The translations under genes were made by a program, and so were the position numbers. The notes beneath the pieces were generated by a model. The model ran no database searches, was not told where the DNA came from, and saw nothing but the letters and a program-made list of their open reading frames with translations. This document shows positions 61,844 through 64,000 of a stretch of DNA of 64,000 nt, one piece after another. Positions within the stretch are counted from its first letter, which is position 1; each line of letters begins with the position of its first letter. The stretch comes from Camelus ferus (lineage: Eukaryota): positions 14,694,001-14,758,000 of the forward strand of contig NC_045707.1 in assembly GCF_009834535.1 (NCBI RefSeq), read 5' to 3'.

Positions 61844-63289
61844 NNNNNNNNNNNNNNNNNNNNNNNNNNNNNNNNNNNNNNNNNNNNNNNNNNNNNNNNN
61901 NNNNNNNNNNNNNNNNNNNNNNNNNNNNNNNNNNNNNNNNNNNNNNNNNNNNNNNNNNNNNNNNNNNNNNNNNNNNNNNNNNNNNNNNNNNNNNNNNNNN
62001 NNNNNNNNNNNNNNNNNNNNNNNNNNNNNNNNNNNNNNNNNNNNNNNNNNNNNNNNNNNNNNNNNNNNNNNNNNNNNNNNNNNNNNNNNNNNNNNNNNNN
62101 NNNNNNNNNNNNNNNNNNNNNNNNNNNNNNNNNNNCCGGGACCTCGATGGGCTTGGCTCCCACTCTCAGCACCCACCCTCCCTCCTCTGCTCTCCCAAAC
62201 CCGCCAAGTGCTAAGTGGTGCCCTGGAGCATGATGGGAAAGTGGACAATGTCCCACAATGCTTCACCTCCCAACCAGTATGGCATTGCTGCTAGGGAGAG
62301 GTCTGGGCCCTCCAAAGTAGAAAAGAAAAGAAGGCAGACTGTCTGGGGGCAGGTTTGGCTGGCAGAGCCCTCAAGCCACAGAGGGGCATGTTTCTGAGGT
62401 CTTTGGTTTTCTGGACTCTTCAACTCCTCCTCTCTGGTTCGGTGGCCCCTCACAGGGCCCTTCTGTGGATCCACCTTCATGTCCCTGTAGCCTACACAGC
62501 TCTAGGGTATTGGGAGGCCCTAACCCATACCTAGCATACCCTGAGGAGGTCCCTAAAGCTATCAGGGCTGGCCGAGTAGTGTGAGTATGATGGGGGAAGT
62601 TGGGAGAAAGAATGGAAAAGGGCTTGTGAGGGAGCTCAGGGAAAGAGCAAGAGGAGCCATCCCAGGAAGGAGCATCCAGGGCTCACGCTAATGCGGCCAT
62701 GCAGTAATCTTAGGGAGGAACTTGGATTTGAAGGGGTGAGCAATGCCAAAGAGTAGATTTCATGTGGAGATGGCTTCCCAGGTCAAGGGTTTGTGAATGT
62801 ATGTAATAAAGAGAGAGAGAGAGAGAAAGCAAAATAAGATTTGGACAGGACTAGACAGTGAGCTCCTTGAGGGCAAGGACTGTGTCTCAGTCACTATTGT
62901 TTTTCCAAGAGCCTAACCTTGTAACTTGGCATGTAGTAGATCCTGTCAAATGAATGGATGTGTAGTTGAGGACTGTACTTTCATTGGGGTTGGAATCTGT
63001 TGACTCTTCTCTTCCATAGCTGCACATAGACTCTTCATTCTGTCTCAGGACTTGCTGAAAGAAAGTTCTGACCAGCCAGGGACAGTTCTTGAATGGGCAC
63101 TTTACCAGCTACCGCTGTTAGGGACATTGGCAGAACTCAGAGCTACAGTTTGGACAGCGCCACCTTGTGGTGCCTTTTGGGAGAGCTCCTGGAGAGACCC
63201 CAGCAAAGGAAGCAGGGTCATCCCTTCTGAGTCGGGTGGGCTGGGGTGGGGGTCACACCAGGCAGCAGCCACTCCTCCTCCTATGTATT

Positions 63290-64000
63290 GATCCTAAATT
63301 GCCATGCCAGTGTTCCTATGGCACAGTTTTTATCATTTGTTCCTTCCTTCTGCCAGCTTTTGCTGAGAGCCTGCTCCAGGGCAAGCTTGTAGGTGATACA
63401 GAACTAAATCAAAGACTCTACCCTTGAGTAGCTCATGAAATTCTACAAGATAAAAAGACCAACAAAGCTCATGATCAAACAGCAGAGAAAACAATGCTAT
63501 AGACGTTGGGGAGGCAACTGGGACATATGTAATTCAAAAACTCTCTGCCACTCACCTCTCCCTTAATTCCTCTCACTAAAAAGCAATAATCCTTGCTTTC
63601 AAGGAACATTTCATGATCTGGCTCCCACGCATCATTCCAGGATCCCATCCCTCTGCAACTCTGCATTCCCCATGCCTCTGTTCCCAGTGAAAGCTGTGTG
63701 CTTTCCCACCACTCCACTTTTGCCCACACCCTGAAATACACCTCTTCCCCATCTCCTCCTGTTGAAATCCACCTCAAAGGTCCCTTCCTCCAAGAAGCTC
63801 TTCTAATTTCCCTTGGCAAAGTGGCCCTGCCTTCTGAAGCACCTTCTTAGCAGGACTTTCATTAACAGCACATACTGGCTGTTCCACAAGTGGTTATCTG
63901 TGCATGTTATTCATCCTTCTATGGCTTCTAGATTCCTGAGGACATGGACTTTGTGTTTTGTTCATCTTGGTATCTCTTGCAGCACTGAGCTAGGCATGTT
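63290..64000. mobile_element. L2 remnants
   Basis: cttcctccaagaagctcttctaatttccc...gattcctgaggacatggactttgtgttttgttcatcttggtatctcttgcagcactgagc. Confidence 0.6.

Overview
Mammalian genomic DNA with five protein-coding genes in the order seen on human chr12q13: CCDC65/DRC2 (+, 8 exons, 498 aa), FKBP11 (-, 6 exons, 200 aa), ARF3 (-, non-coding exon 1 plus 4 coding exons, 181 aa), WNT10B (-, 389 aa) and WNT1 (+, 370 aa). Two tRNA-derived SINEs look camelid (Vic-1-like) and no Alu, B1, Bov-tA or SINEC was recognised, so the source is probably an alpaca, llama or camel. Every exon boundary outside the N-runs was placed by reading the splice dinucleotides and checking frame. Intergenic and intronic DNA is mostly ancient repeats (ERV-L internal remnant, MLT1 LTRs, L1, L2, MIR, MER47/Tigger5, MER58A). 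I found no unknown protein-coding system. The notable observations are regulatory and structural: a GC-AG intron in CCDC65; an FKBP11 polyA signal overlapping its stop codon; a UPR-type ACGT cluster in FKBP11 intron 2; frame-compatible ARF3-FKBP11 read-through; an unexplained 58-bp dispersed duplication in ARF3 intron 1; oriented CTCF motifs around the WNT10B/WNT1 pair; a dense bHLH-PAS (RCGTG) cluster in WNT1 intron 2; and a candidate Wnt1 3' neural enhancer. Twelve N-runs look like length-preserving masks rather than true gaps. Comparisons to human orthologues are from memory and need checking by alignment. Repeat boundaries are approximate.
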